Shown one piece after another: positions 29,178 through 37,232 of a DNA stretch of 63,806 bases. Source of the DNA: Candidatus Omnitrophota bacterium (GTDB taxonomy: Bacteria; Omnitrophota; Gorgyraeia; Gorgyraeales; Gorgyraeaceae); contig JAHJQM010000058.1 of the NCBI GenBank assembly GCA_018819285.1, forward strand, positions 1 through 63,806. Direction: 5' to 3'. Numbering within the stretch: the first letter of the stretch is position 1; each line of letters begins with the position of its first letter. The position numbers were made by a program, and so were the translations under genes. Below the pieces are notes generated by a model. It saw only the letters and a program-made list of their open reading frames with translations, made no database searches and was not told the origin of the DNA.

Positions 29178-30102
29178 AGATCTTCTGGGGCTGGAGTATC
29201 TTTCAAGAGAAGATATAGAGCTTCTTTTGGACACAGCCGAATCTTTCAGGGAAATCCTTGGTAGAAAGATCAAGAAGGTTCCTGCGCTGCGCGGCAAAAC
29301 AGTGGTAAATTTATTTTACGAACCGTCTACAAGAACCAGAGTGTCTTTTGAAGTGGCTGCCAAAAGGCTCTCAGCTGATGTTATAAATATTGCAGTAGAG
29401 TCTTCAAGTGTGAGAAAAGGCGAGACCTTGAATGATACCGGCAAAAACATAGAGGCTTTAAAAGCAGATATTATTGTGGTGAGGCATAATTGTTCAGGCG
29501 CAGCCACTATGCTGGCCCGCAATGTGAATGTAAGCGTAATAAACGCGGGAGACGGCTGGCATGAGCACCCTACGCAGGCGCTTTTAGATATGTTCACATT
29601 GAGGAAAAAAACTGGCAAGTTGGAGGGTTTGAATGTAAGTATAGCGGGAGACATTGCTCATTCCAGGGTAGCTCGATCGAATATATGGGGTTTGACTAAA
29701 TTTGGGGCAAAGGTAACTGTTTGCGCGCCAAAGATTCTGATTCCTCCGGGGATAGAGAGGATGGGGGTTAAAGTTACGGATAATATAGATGAAGCGCTCA
29801 GAGAAGCTGATGCTATAAATATATTAAGGATGCAGTTTGAGCGGGATGATATGAAGGCATTCCCGAGCCAGCTGGAATATTTTAAAAGTTTCGGAATTAC
29901 AGAAGAGAGATTGAAAAAAGCCAAAAAAGATATCATTGTCATGCACCCAGGCCCTATAAATAGAGGGGTTGAAATATCAAGCGAGGTTGCTGACGGAGGA
30001 AACTCTGTGATATTGGAACAGGTTACAAATGGGATTGCTGTCAGGATGGCGGTATTATTCTGGGTTTCTCAAGTTAAGGATAAGGGCACATCAATTCCTT
30101 AG
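29143..30102 (+). CDS. pyrB: Aspartate carbamoyltransferase catalytic subunit
   Basis: [17 protein letters not shown] and HPGPINRG motifs. Confidence 0.95.
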   Translation: MTKKKTAKWVHKDLLGLEYLSREDIELLLDTAESFREILGRKIKKVPALRGKTVVNLFYEPSTRTRVSFEVAAKRLSADVINIAVESSSVRKGETLNDTGKNIEALKADIIVVRHNCSGAATMLARNVNVSVINAGDGWHEHPTQALLDMFTLRKKTGKLEGLNVSIAGDIAHSRVARSNIWGLTKFGAKVTVCAPKILIPPGIERMGVKVTDNIDEALREADAINILRMQFERDDMKAFPSQLEYFKSFGITEERLKKAKKDIIVMHPGPINRGVEISSEVADGGNSVILEQVTNGIAVRMAVLFWVSQVKDKGTSIP

Positions 30103-30153
30103 CCAATTTACACCCGCTAAAGTTATGTGACGGGTATAAATTCAAAGGTGACT

Positions 30154-31434
30154 ATGCATCTGAAATTACTTATTAAGAATGGCCATGTAATCGACCCTGC
30201 TAATAAGATAGATGGGGTGATGGATATTCTCGTAGAAGGCGAGAAAATATCCAAAATAGGCTTTGGTTTGGATGTCAAGGCTGAAACAGTTATTGATGCT
30301 GCAGGAAAAATTGTGGTGCCTGGAATTGTAGACATGCATGTTCATTTGAGAGAACCTGGCAGAGAGGATAAAGAAACTATTTTTAGCGGCACAAAGGCTG
30401 CGGCTAAAGGCGGGGTTACAAGCGTTCTCGTCATGCCAAATACATTACCAAGTCTTGATTCTGTAGGGGTTATCAAAACGTTGAATGATATTATTAAAAA
30501 GACGGCAAATGTAGGAGTATTTATATGCGGGGCAATTACAATCGGAAGAGCTGGTAAAGAATTGGCGGATATTAGCGCATTAAAAAAAGAAGGGATAATT
30601 GCAATTTCAGATGATGGCGGATCAGTTGACAGCGATGAGTTAATGCTAAAAGCATTTAAAGAGGCAAAAAGAGAAAAGGTTCTTGTAATATGCCATTCAG
30701 AGGATAAATCGCTTTCAGGTAAGGGCTTGGTTAACCGCGGTTTTACATCAACAAGGCTGGGCTTAAGAGGAATTTCAAAAGAATCTGAATATAAAAGGGT
30801 GGCGAGAGATATAAAGCTTGCAGAAGAAATTGGCGCAAGTGTACACATTGCTCATGTGAGCACAGGTGAGTCGGTGGAAATAATAAGAAAAGGAAAGTTA
30901 AAGGGCGTGAAGGTAACCAGTGAAACCGCCCCGCATTATTTTACTTTAAATGAAGAGGATCTTTTGGACTATAATACAAGTATGAAAGTTAACCCACCCT
31001 TAAGGACAAAAGATGATGTTCTGGCAATAAGGGAAGGGTTAAAAGACGGGACAATAGATGTCATTGCCTCTGATCACGCCCCTCATACTGAAAATGAAAA
31101 AGAGATAGAATTTGAACATGCAGAATTTGGAAGCATAGGCTTAGAAACAGAGCTTGCAGTAAGCGTTACTGAACTGATAGGCAAGGGGTTATTAACATGG
31201 AGTGAGCTCGTAAAAAAGATCTCTCTTAATCCTGCGAGAATTCTTGATATAAATAAAGGGACACTTGGTTCTGGCAAAGACGCTGACATAACTATCGTGT
31301 CGCCTGACAAGGAGTGGGTTGTTAATAAAGTTGGTTTTGTGTCCAAATCAAAAAATTCAGCTTTTATCGGAAAGAAATTAAAAGGCGTAGTCGAATATGC
31401 TATCTATAAAGGAAAGGTTATATATAAGGCATGA
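30154..31434 (+). CDS. pyrC: Dihydroorotase
   Basis: VDMHVHLREPG, DHAPH and allantoinase-like class I features. I moved the start to the ATG at 30154, preceded by AAAGGTG. The track starts at GTG 30127. Confidence 0.9.
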   Translation: MHLKLLIKNGHVIDPANKIDGVMDILVEGEKISKIGFGLDVKAETVIDAAGKIVVPGIVDMHVHLREPGREDKETIFSGTKAAAKGGVTSVLVMPNTLPSLDSVGVIKTLNDIIKKTANVGVFICGAITIGRAGKELADISALKKEGIIAISDDGGSVDSDELMLKAFKEAKREKVLVICHSEDKSLSGKGLVNRGFTSTRLGLRGISKESEYKRVARDIKLAEEIGASVHIAHVSTGESVEIIRKGKLKGVKVTSETAPHYFTLNEEDLLDYNTSMKVNPPLRTKDDVLAIREGLKDGTIDVIASDHAPHTENEKEIEFEHAEFGSIGLETELAVSVTELIGKGLLTWSELVKKISLNPARILDINKGTLGSGKDADITIVSPDKEWVVNKVGFVSKSKNSAFIGKKLKGVVEYAIYKGKVIYKA

Positions 31435-32663
31435 AATTCGTAGCTGATTTTCACATACATTCTAAATATAGCCGCGCCACAAGCCCTGACATGAATATAA
31501 AAACACTTTCGGAATACGCAAAACTCAAAGGTATATCTTTATTGGGCACAGGAGATTTTACTCACTATCTATGGCTGGAAGAATTAAAAAACACCCTTAA
31601 GGATTCAGGTAATGGTTTATTTGAATATAACGGCGTGAATTTTATGCTCACAGGAGAGATATCCAGTATATATTCTAAAAATGGCAAGGTCAGGAAGATC
31701 CATAGTGTTATTTTTGTGCCGAGTTTCGATATTGCCGATAAAGTAAACTCCGCTCTTTCAGGTTATGGGAATATTGCGTACGACGGAAGACCTATTATAG
31801 GCATAGACGCCAAAGACCTGGCAGAACTTTTATTCGGGATCAGTAAGGATATATTCCTAGTGCCAGGTCATATCTGGACGCCGTGGTTTTCGCTTTTCGG
31901 TTCCAAATCAGGTTTTGATTCAATAGAAGAATGTTTTGGAGAATACACTAAAGATATATATGCTCTGGAAACAGGGCTTTCTTCAGATCCGGGTATGAAT
32001 TGGCAATGGAGCAAGCTGGACAGGTTTAATCTTATATCGAATTCTGATTCTCACAGTCCGCAGAAGATAGGCAGAGAGGCAAATGTATTTGATATTGAAA
32101 TGAGCTATAAAGCGGTTATGGATACATTGAAGAAAAAAGACAAAAAGAAATTTCTTTATACAATTGAATTTTTCCCTGAAGAAGGGAAGTATCATTACGA
32201 TGGTCACAGGGCCTGCAATGTAAGATTTAGCCCGGAAGAAACCAGAAGAAATAAAAATATATGCCCTGCGTGCGGAAAATCTCTTACAATAGGCGTTATG
32301 AATAGGGTTAGTGAGCTTGCAGACAGATCTGTTGGTTTTGTCCCTGAGAATAGCATCCCTTTTAAAAGAATGATACCGCTTGCAGAAATAATTGCCGACA
32401 CATTAGGAGTTGGAGTTGCTTCTAAAGCGGTTAATACGAAATATCGCGCAATAATCCCGCGGCTTGGGACAGAACTTGAAGTTCTTACAGAGGTTAATGA
32501 GGATAAACTTTTAAGGGAGTTACCAATAAAAATTGCAAAGGCAATTATAAATGTGAGAAACGGAAACGTGAATATATTGCCAGGTTTTGATGGAGAGTAT
32601 GGCATAATAGAGATATTAAAAGAGAAAGATAATATAGGCGAAAAACAGTTAAATTTATTTTAA
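31431..32663 (+). CDS. endoQ: Endonuclease Q (PHP-domain, deaminated-base endonuclease) homologue
   Basis: DFHIHSKYSRATS, GTGDFTH, ISNSDSHSPQKIGREANVF, GKYHYDGHRAC, CPACGKSLTIGV, IPLAEIIADTLGVG and PGFDGEYGII match, block by block, the Pyrococcus EndoQ sequence as I remember it. Confidence 0.8.
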   Translation: MKFVADFHIHSKYSRATSPDMNIKTLSEYAKLKGISLLGTGDFTHYLWLEELKNTLKDSGNGLFEYNGVNFMLTGEISSIYSKNGKVRKIHSVIFVPSFDIADKVNSALSGYGNIAYDGRPIIGIDAKDLAELLFGISKDIFLVPGHIWTPWFSLFGSKSGFDSIEECFGEYTKDIYALETGLSSDPGMNWQWSKLDRFNLISNSDSHSPQKIGREANVFDIEMSYKAVMDTLKKKDKKKFLYTIEFFPEEGKYHYDGHRACNVRFSPEETRRNKNICPACGKSLTIGVMNRVSELADRSVGFVPENSIPFKRMIPLAEIIADTLGVGVASKAVNTKYRAIIPRLGTELEVLTEVNEDKLLRELPIKIAKAIINVRNGNVNILPGFDGEYGIIEILKEKDNIGEKQLNLF

Positions 32664-32668
32664 TAATA

Positions 32669-32704
32669 AACTTCGTAAGTTGTCTAAAGGCAGCTTACGA
32701 AGTT
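32669..32704 (+). other. Intercistronic hairpin after endoQ (10-bp stem, no U-tract)
   Basis: The stem arms ACTTCGTAAG and CTTACGAAGT of AACTTCGTAAGTTGTCTAAAGGCAGCTTACGAAGTT are complementary. It shares GTAAGTTG with the palindromic element family. Confidence 0.5.
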
Positions 32705-32715
32705 GGATAGATTAG

Positions 32716-33495
32716 ATGAAAGATACAAGAGTTAAAGTCCTATCAAACAAAAAAATCAGCCATGTTTATTATAAGATGGCTCTTGATGCGCCTTATATTG
32801 CAAGGACAGCAAAACCCGGGCAGTTTGTGCAAATCAGGTGCAATGATTCTTTTGAACCACTTTTGAGAAGGCCGTTCAGTGTACATAGAGTGAATGGAAA
32901 TATAGAAATTTTATATGAAACTGTAGGTAGTGGAACGGAGATTCTTTCGAATAAAAAAGAAGGAGATAAAATAAATATTTTGGGACCCTTAGGCAATGGT
33001 TTTACATTGCCGCGAACTACAAATGGCGAGCCTAGAGCGATTATAATCGCAGGCGGCATAGGAGCTGCGCCATTAGTATATCTTGCAGAAGAATTAACGA
33101 AAAAGAAGATAAAGACGATTGTATTAATAGGAGCGAAAACAAAAAATCTGATTTTATGCGAGAAAGATTTCAAAAAGGCTACGCCTGAGGTTTATGTTTC
33201 CACTGATGACGGCACTTATGGCTCGCAGGGTTTTGTGTCAAAGTTATTTCATAAGATTTTAAAAACTACAGAAAGTAAGTTTGAAACTATTGTATATGTT
33301 TGCGGGCCGCATGGAATGCTTAAATGTATTGCGGATATATGCCAGGAGCGAAAATTTAAATGCCAAGTGTCATTAGAAGAAAAGATGGCCTGCGGCATTG
33401 GCGTATGCCTGGGTTGCGCTGTCAAAACAAAATCAGGCACTAAACTTGCCTGTGAAGACGGCCCAGTCTTTAACGCCAGCGAACTTATCTGGTAA
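32716..33495 (+). CDS. pyrK: Dihydroorotate dehydrogenase (class 1B) electron transfer subunit
   Basis: RRPFS FAD motif, GGIGAAPL NAD-type motif and the C-terminal MACGIGVCLGCAV 2Fe-2S Cys cluster. Confidence 0.9.
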   Translation: MKDTRVKVLSNKKISHVYYKMALDAPYIARTAKPGQFVQIRCNDSFEPLLRRPFSVHRVNGNIEILYETVGSGTEILSNKKEGDKINILGPLGNGFTLPRTTNGEPRAIIIAGGIGAAPLVYLAEELTKKKIKTIVLIGAKTKNLILCEKDFKKATPEVYVSTDDGTYGSQGFVSKLFHKILKTTESKFETIVYVCGPHGMLKCIADICQERKFKCQVSLEEKMACGIGVCLGCAVKTKSGTKLACEDGPVFNASELIW

Positions 33496-33496
33496 A

Positions 33497-33533
33497 TAAG
33501 TTGACACTCTGACATTGTCAGAGTGTCAACTTA
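33497..33533. repeat. Intercistronic palindromic element, copy 3 (perfect)
   Basis: TAAGTTGACACTCTGACATTGTCAGAGTGTCAACTTA starts 2 nt after the pyrK TAA. Confidence 0.9.
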
Positions 33534-33573
33534 CAGGCTAGTCTAACCTGGTTAGATTCAAAGAAGGATAAAA

Positions 33574-34488
33574 ATGGCAAAATTGGAAGTTAAAATAGGC
33601 AAGATAAAGCTTAAGAATCCCGTAATGGCGGCGTCCGGGACATTTGGATATGCTAAAGAATTTGAAAAATTAGTTAACTTGAAACATATAGGAGCGATTA
33701 TTACAAAGACAATTACTTTAAATCCGAGACAGGGCAATCCAATGCCCAGGATATGCGAGACTTCAGCTGGAATATTAAATGCAATAGGACTTCAGAACGA
33801 AGGTATAGATAATTTTTTAAAAGAAAAAATACCGTATCTTTCTAAGATAGGCACACCTATTATCGTTAGCATATCAGGGAACAATATAGATGAGTTTTTT
33901 ATTCTTGCGAGAAGGTTGGATAAAATAAAAAGTATAAGCGGGATAGAATTAAATATATCGTGCCCAAATATTAACTGCGAAGGTTTGGTAGCGCAGGATA
34001 CAAAAGAAACGCATGAAGTTGTAAAAGCTGTGAGAAAAATAACAGATAAAACTATTATTACAAAACTTTCTCCAAATGTGACGGATATAGTTAAAATTGC
34101 TAGAGCAGCTGAGAATGCCGGCTCTGATGCAGTGAGCCTTGTGAATACGTTTTTTGGAATGGCCATAGACATAAATACGAGAAAGCCAAAACTCGGCAAT
34201 ATTACAGGCGGTTTGAGCGGACCTTGTATAAAACCAATAGCCTTAAGAATGGTTTATGAAGTTTCGAAGAATATCGATATCCCTGTGATAGGCATAGGCG
34301 GCATAATGAACGCTAATGACGCTATTGAATTTATGATGGCAGGAGCTGCTGCTATTCAAGTAGGCACTGCTAATTTTATAGAGCCAGGTGTCTGCGATAA
34401 AATAGTAAAGGGCATTGAAGAGTATCTGAAAAAGCATAAAATAGAAAAAATAGAAGATATTGCTGGTAATTTGGATGGCAACAATTAA
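33574..34488 (+). CDS. pyrD: Dihydroorotate dehydrogenase (class 1B) catalytic subunit
   Basis: NPVMAASGTFGY, ELNISCPN and GIGGI motifs. It follows pyrK. Confidence 0.95.
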   Translation: MAKLEVKIGKIKLKNPVMAASGTFGYAKEFEKLVNLKHIGAIITKTITLNPRQGNPMPRICETSAGILNAIGLQNEGIDNFLKEKIPYLSKIGTPIIVSISGNNIDEFFILARRLDKIKSISGIELNISCPNINCEGLVAQDTKETHEVVKAVRKITDKTIITKLSPNVTDIVKIARAAENAGSDAVSLVNTFFGMAIDINTRKPKLGNITGGLSGPCIKPIALRMVYEVSKNIDIPVIGIGGIMNANDAIEFMMAGAAAIQVGTANFIEPGVCDKIVKGIEEYLKKHKIEKIEDIAGNLDGNN

Positions 34489-34489
34489 T

Positions 34490-34528
34490 CTAAGTTGACA
34501 CTCTAACAATGTCAGAATGTCAACTTAG
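34490..34528. repeat. Intercistronic palindromic element, copy 4 (imperfect)
   Basis: CTAAGTTGACACTCTAACAATGTCAGAATGTCAACTTAG starts 2 nt after the pyrD TAA. Confidence 0.9.
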
Positions 34529-34544
34529 CTGGACTAGGAGCGGG

Positions 34545-35249
34545 ATGAAGAATACAATTATAGTAGCGCTGGATGTGAATACGCTGAAGGAAGAAGAGAG
34601 GCTTCTGAATACTCTGAGCAGCGAAGTGCAGATTTTTAAGATAGGCATGGAGTTATTTTACTCTTGCGGCGTAAAGGCAATTGAACTTGTCAAAAAATAT
34701 GACAAAGATATTTTTCTGGACCTGAAATTCCACGATATTCCAAACACAGTTTACGCAGCCAGTAAAATAGCTGTTAGGTTTGGCGTATTTATGTTCAATG
34801 TGCACGCATCAGGCGGGATAGATATGATGAGAAAAGCTGTGGAAGGAGCAGAAGAAGAGAGTGAAAAACTAGGTGTAGCAAGGTCTAAGATTCTCGGAGT
34901 GACAGTGCTTACTAGCATGGACAAAGAGGCTTTAAAGAAAATGGGCATAGATAAGTCTGCTCAAGACCAGGTCTTGAGCTTAGCAATTTTGGCTAAAGAG
35001 GCTGGTTTAGATGGCGTGGTGGCATCGCCTGAAGAAATAACTGCGATAAGGAAAAATACAGGAAAGGATTTTTTAATAGTTACTCCTGGGGTAAGGCCTA
35101 AAGGATCTGAAACAGGGGACCAGAAAAGAGTAGCTACGCCTAAGGAAGCCTTTCAAAGAGGTGCTGATTATATTGTAATAGGAAGGCCTGTTACAAAGGC
35201 AAAGGATCCTGTTAAAGCGTTTAAAACAATTGCGTCAAGCTTTGCGTAA
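34545..35249 (+). CDS. pyrF: Orotidine 5'-phosphate decarboxylase
   Basis: IIVALDV, FLDLKFHDIPNT and the C-terminal IVIGRPV motifs. I moved the start to the ATG at 34545, after AGGAGCGGG. The track's 34509 start lies inside the palindrome. Confidence 0.9.
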   Translation: MKNTIIVALDVNTLKEEERLLNTLSSEVQIFKIGMELFYSCGVKAIELVKKYDKDIFLDLKFHDIPNTVYAASKIAVRFGVFMFNVHASGGIDMMRKAVEGAEEESEKLGVARSKILGVTVLTSMDKEALKKMGIDKSAQDQVLSLAILAKEAGLDGVVASPEEITAIRKNTGKDFLIVTPGVRPKGSETGDQKRVATPKEAFQRGADYIVIGRPVTKAKDPVKAFKTIASSFA

Positions 35250-35284
35250 GTTGACAAACTAACAATGTTAGTTTGTCAACTTAG
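35247..35284. repeat. Intercistronic palindromic element, copy 5 (perfect, compensatory variant)
   Basis: TAAGTTGACAAACTAACAATGTTAGTTTGTCAACTTAG. The pyrF TAA stop is its first three bases, and AGAGGAAGGGG (the pyrE RBS) follows. Confidence 0.9.
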
Positions 35285-35295
35285 AGGAAGGGGCG

Positions 35296-35862
35296 ATGAA
35301 AGAAAAAGAGATCTTGAAGCTGTTTGAGGATACGGGCGCGCTTTTAAACGGGCATTTCAGGCTTTCTAGCGGCCTTCATAGCGGGAATTATTTTCAGTGC
35401 GCGTTATTACTACAAAACCCGGATATAGCGGAAAAGATATGCAAACAACTGGCAGGGTATTTTAAAGATGATAAGCCTACGTGCGTGGTGGCGCCTGCTT
35501 TAGGCGGTGTGATAGTTTCTTACGAAACCGCAAGGGCTCTTGGGATAAGGTCTTTGTTCACAGAGCGGGTGGAAGGCAAGATGACATTAAGACGGGGGTT
35601 TGAGATAAAAAAAGAAGACAGGGTTCTCGTGGTAGAAGACGTTATAACCACAGGGCTTTCTACAGTCGAGGTTTTAGAGGCAATAAAGCCAACCGGCGCC
35701 AAAATAATAGGCGTAGGCTGCGTGGTAAATAGAAGTGGAAAAATCCTGGATTTGGGTGTAAAATTAAAAAGTCTAGCAAGGCTTGATTTTCCAGCCTATA
35801 AGCCTGAGGATTGTCCTTTATGCAAAGAGGGCAGAGATATAATAAAACCAGGGAGCCGCTAA
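35296..35862 (+). CDS. pyrE: Orotate phosphoribosyltransferase
   Basis: VLVVEDVITTGLST PRPP motif. 188 aa. Confidence 0.9.
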   Translation: MKEKEILKLFEDTGALLNGHFRLSSGLHSGNYFQCALLLQNPDIAEKICKQLAGYFKDDKPTCVVAPALGGVIVSYETARALGIRSLFTERVEGKMTLRRGFEIKKEDRVLVVEDVITTGLSTVEVLEAIKPTGAKIIGVGCVVNRSGKILDLGVKLKSLARLDFPAYKPEDCPLCKEGRDIIKPGSR

Positions 35863-35865
35863 ATC

Positions 35866-36183
35866 ATGAAAGACGCGATTGAAAAGATTCTCAAAGAAGA
35901 AGAGAGGGCCGGTAAAATACTTCAGGATGCGAAAGAAGAAGCGGAGCGCATCGTAAGAGACGCTAAAAAAGAGAAAGAAGATATAATAGACAAAGCAGCC
36001 GTAGAAGTAGAAGATCTCAGCCATAAAGAAAAACAAGAATTAGAAAAAAGATTTATGTCGGAAAAAGAAAATATCCTTAAAGAAGTCAGAAAAGAAACCC
36101 TTGCCATTAAAGAGAGAAAAGACAAGGACATCTCTGAGGTTTCCAAAAATGTTTTCTCTCGGATAATAACAATTAAAGATTAA
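35866..36183 (+). CDS. V/A-type ATPase peripheral stalk subunit (G/H-like), operon 1
   Basis: 105 aa. A K/E-rich predicted coiled coil placed first in the ATPase operon, as for AhaH/AtpG. The call rests on position and composition only. Confidence 0.5.
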   Translation: MKDAIEKILKEEERAGKILQDAKEEAERIVRDAKKEKEDIIDKAAVEVEDLSHKEKQELEKRFMSEKENILKEVRKETLAIKERKDKDISEVSKNVFSRIITIKD

Positions 36184-36185
36184 AT

Positions 36186-37232
36186 ATGCGAGAGCTTGCC
36201 ACATATTCTTTTATCAACGCTAAGATAAGGGCCATGATCTCATTTCTGATAAGCCAGGATTTGTTTTCCAGGATGCTTGAGGCGGAAGATGTTTATGAGG
36301 CCATGGAGCTATTAAAAGAATCTCCATATTATAAAAACGCGATAGAAAGCATTCCTAAAGAAATTAGTGACTTCAGGATTATTGAAAAGCGGTTCATAAA
36401 AAATGACTTAGGTATATACAGAAAAATATATAAATCCGCTCCTGGAAAAACAGAAAAAGAGCTCATGAGTCTTTTTATAGAAAAATATGAGCTTGAACAG
36501 TTAAAGACAGCATTAAGAATATGGAATAAAAAAACACCGATTGACGCAGATGATTTTATTTTAGGAGAGAAGATAAGTTTTGACATAGATTACAAGAAAA
36601 TTATATATGCTCCCAATATAGAAGAAATAATACTTCTTCTGGAAGATACACCTTACAGAAAACCTGTTTTACGCAGCCGCGACAGATTTAAAGAAAAAGG
36701 GTCTACTTTTTATCTGGAAGCCAGTCTGGATATTGATTATTGTCAAAGGATGCTTTCCTGCGCGGAATCGCTTTCTCCCGTAGACCAGGAGATAGCCAAA
36801 AGGGTCATAGGCATAGAGATAGATACCGAGAACATAAATTGGCTTATAAGAATGAGAAAATATTATAACCTGGCAGCTGGCGATATCATGGAGTGGATGA
36901 TTCCGGGTGGAACGAGAATTAATAAAGAAAACGTTACGAGCTTTTATACGACTGATGGGCTTACAAAGATCGTGGATAGCGTCGCGCTCGGTCCTTACGC
37001 CAAAATTAGAGAGCTTATGGAAGAAAACATGTCCCTTATAGAAAATTTCCTTCATGAGGTCTTGTTAAAAGAAGTCAAGAGAGCCCTTTCCGGATATCCT
37101 TTTACAATAGGCACGATCCTTGGGTATGTGATATTAAAAAGAAATGAGACGAAAAATATTATTTCTCTTTTATATGCCAAAGATTTTGGCTGGAAAAAGG
37201 ACGAGACAAACAATCTATTAAATATATGCTGA
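36186..37232 (+). CDS. atpC: V/A-type ATPase subunit C (eukaryotic d equivalent), operon 1
   Basis: 348 aa. The YSFINAKIRAM N-terminus and size fit prokaryotic V-type subunit C. Operon context supports it. Confidence 0.75.
   Translation: MRELATYSFINAKIRAMISFLISQDLFSRMLEAEDVYEAMELLKESPYYKNAIESIPKEISDFRIIEKRFIKNDLGIYRKIYKSAPGKTEKELMSLFIEKYELEQLKTALRIWNKKTPIDADDFILGEKISFDIDYKKIIYAPNIEEIILLLEDTPYRKPVLRSRDRFKEKGSTFYLEASLDIDYCQRMLSCAESLSPVDQEIAKRVIGIEIDTENINWLIRMRKYYNLAAGDIMEWMIPGGTRINKENVTSFYTTDGLTKIVDSVALGPYAKIRELMEENMSLIENFLHEVLLKEVKRALSGYPFTIGTILGYVILKRNETKNIISLLYAKDFGWKKDETNNLLNIC

Noticed and set aside
29316-34199. Many 80-170-aa antisense ORFs in the track (for example 29316-29654, 30342-30848, 32204-32605, 32793-33173, 33792-34199, and similar ones inside the ATPase genes such as 40786-41130 and 50564-50926).
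   Set aside because: Each lies wholly inside a well-supported, motif-bearing gene on the opposite strand. Their products are low-complexity (Ser/Leu/Ile-rich) and there is no RBS. They are shadow ORFs.
33249-34545. ORFs beginning MSECQL on both strands (33249-33515 minus, 34243-34509 minus, 34509 plus).
   Set aside because: MSECQL is simply the translation of the palindromic element (ATGTCAGA(G/A)TGTCAACTT) read in either direction. It is an artefact of the repeat.
15263-35284. Could the repeated palindromes be a CRISPR array?
   Set aside because: The copies are separated by kilobases of ordinary genes and not by 25-50-nt spacers. They are internally palindromic over their full length, and no cas genes are present.
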